Part shown: positions 63,330 to 64,000 of the stretch, piece after piece
How the letters are laid out: each line of letters starts with the position of its first letter
Position numbering within the stretch: position 1 is the first letter of the stretch
Origin: Convolutriloba macropyga
Taxonomy: Eukaryota
Direction: 5' to 3'
NCBI RefSeq assembly: GCF_964194025.1
Contig: NC_134475.1
Coordinates: forward strand, 67,642,001-67,706,000
Length of the DNA: 64,000 nt
Notes under the pieces: model-generated
The model's database searches: none
Seen by the model: the letters and a program-made list of their open reading frames with translations, nothing else
Told to the model about the DNA's origin: nothing
Position numbers and translations under genes: made by a program

Positions 63330-64000
63330 TCTGTCATATATTTCATCATTTTTTTTTGGAGTTGGCTTTCAGTTTTTCTTTTCCTGTGTCTGTTTTGTTG
63401 CTTTGGACATGGCGTTTTGATATGCGGGACATCCTCTATTCACAGTGGCGTGTGATCTTTCACATTTTGCACAATTTGTCTGTTCTTACGATTAATTCAG
63501 GTTTTATAGTGTGTTGGCCTGAACATCGCAGATATTTCAGTTCTCTTTTGCACTCGCTTGCCAAGTGGCCTAATTTTTGGCATTCCAAATATTGTTTGGA
63601 GTGTGTTGGGTCTTTTCTTGGTTCAAAAATGAAGTATCCGGCCTATTTCAACACCATGATTAATTGCTGCTAATGTATTGTTCAAACATATTGTTAACTC
63701 GCCAATTGGTTTCGTTGGCTTTCCAGTGGCCCTGCTTTTTATCATTTGTACCCTGATAACATTCATTGCATTGTTGTTAAGCTGTTTTCCTTTTACTTGA
63801 TTTCCTTGTAGCTGGTGGTGAACCTTCACAATTACAAAACTGGCTTTCGGCAGCGTGTTTTTTCATTAATAGAAGTGTTTAAAAAACATTCTGTATATTT
63901 GAATTACTCATCAGACAATCTCGTGAAATGTTTTTGAAGCAATTCTTATCAGTTCTTGCTCAGCATAAAATTGAGCTAAGCACCGATTTAAGTCTGCTTA
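63330..64000 (-). pseudogene. LINE ORF1 (Gag-like) remnant with zinc knuckles
   Basis: VIRVQMIKSRATGKPT...AINHGVEIG, then in a shifted frame ECQKLGHLASECKRELKYLRCSGQH (decayed CCHC repeats typical of Jockey/I-group ORF1). Confidence 0.7.

Overview
AT-rich eukaryotic (invertebrate-like metazoan) genomic DNA dominated by layered, mostly decayed mobile elements. There is no prokaryotic gene structure and no CRISPR array. In order: a degenerate 54-bp minisatellite and a tRNA-derived SINE; a full-length but frameshifted Ty3/Gypsy (Mag-like) LTR retrotransposon (~1.8-6.4 kb, minus); a 31-bp minisatellite with a ~526-bp higher-order duplication; a BEL/Pao integrase fragment; a TTAA-bounded TIR element filled with (CA)n and N gaps; and several MITEs. 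The centrepiece is a ~15-kb pseudogenised Polinton/Maverick endogenous virus (~25.06-40.1 kb). It carries a protein-primed PolB (zinc-finger, TP/OTU-like and endonuclease VII-like parts, truncated before the DTDS motif), adenain protease, major and minor capsid proteins, a basic core protein, retroviral-type integrase, PZ/PW-like genes, an A32-like packaging ATPase and accessory ORFs (PC4-like, PLA2-like, DEDD-like). A dense ATGCAAAT octamer cluster lies upstream of PolB. To its right, two exons of a class A GPCR are separated by an ~11.8-kb intron. That intron holds a young BEL/Pao element (259-bp LTRs, TGCTT TSD) that inserted into the leader of an older copy of its own family; the leader carries an array of splice-donor-like CAGGTAGGT motifs. 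The window ends with a minus-strand LINE split by an old Gypsy element. All family assignments come from motif recognition by eye; no searches were run.
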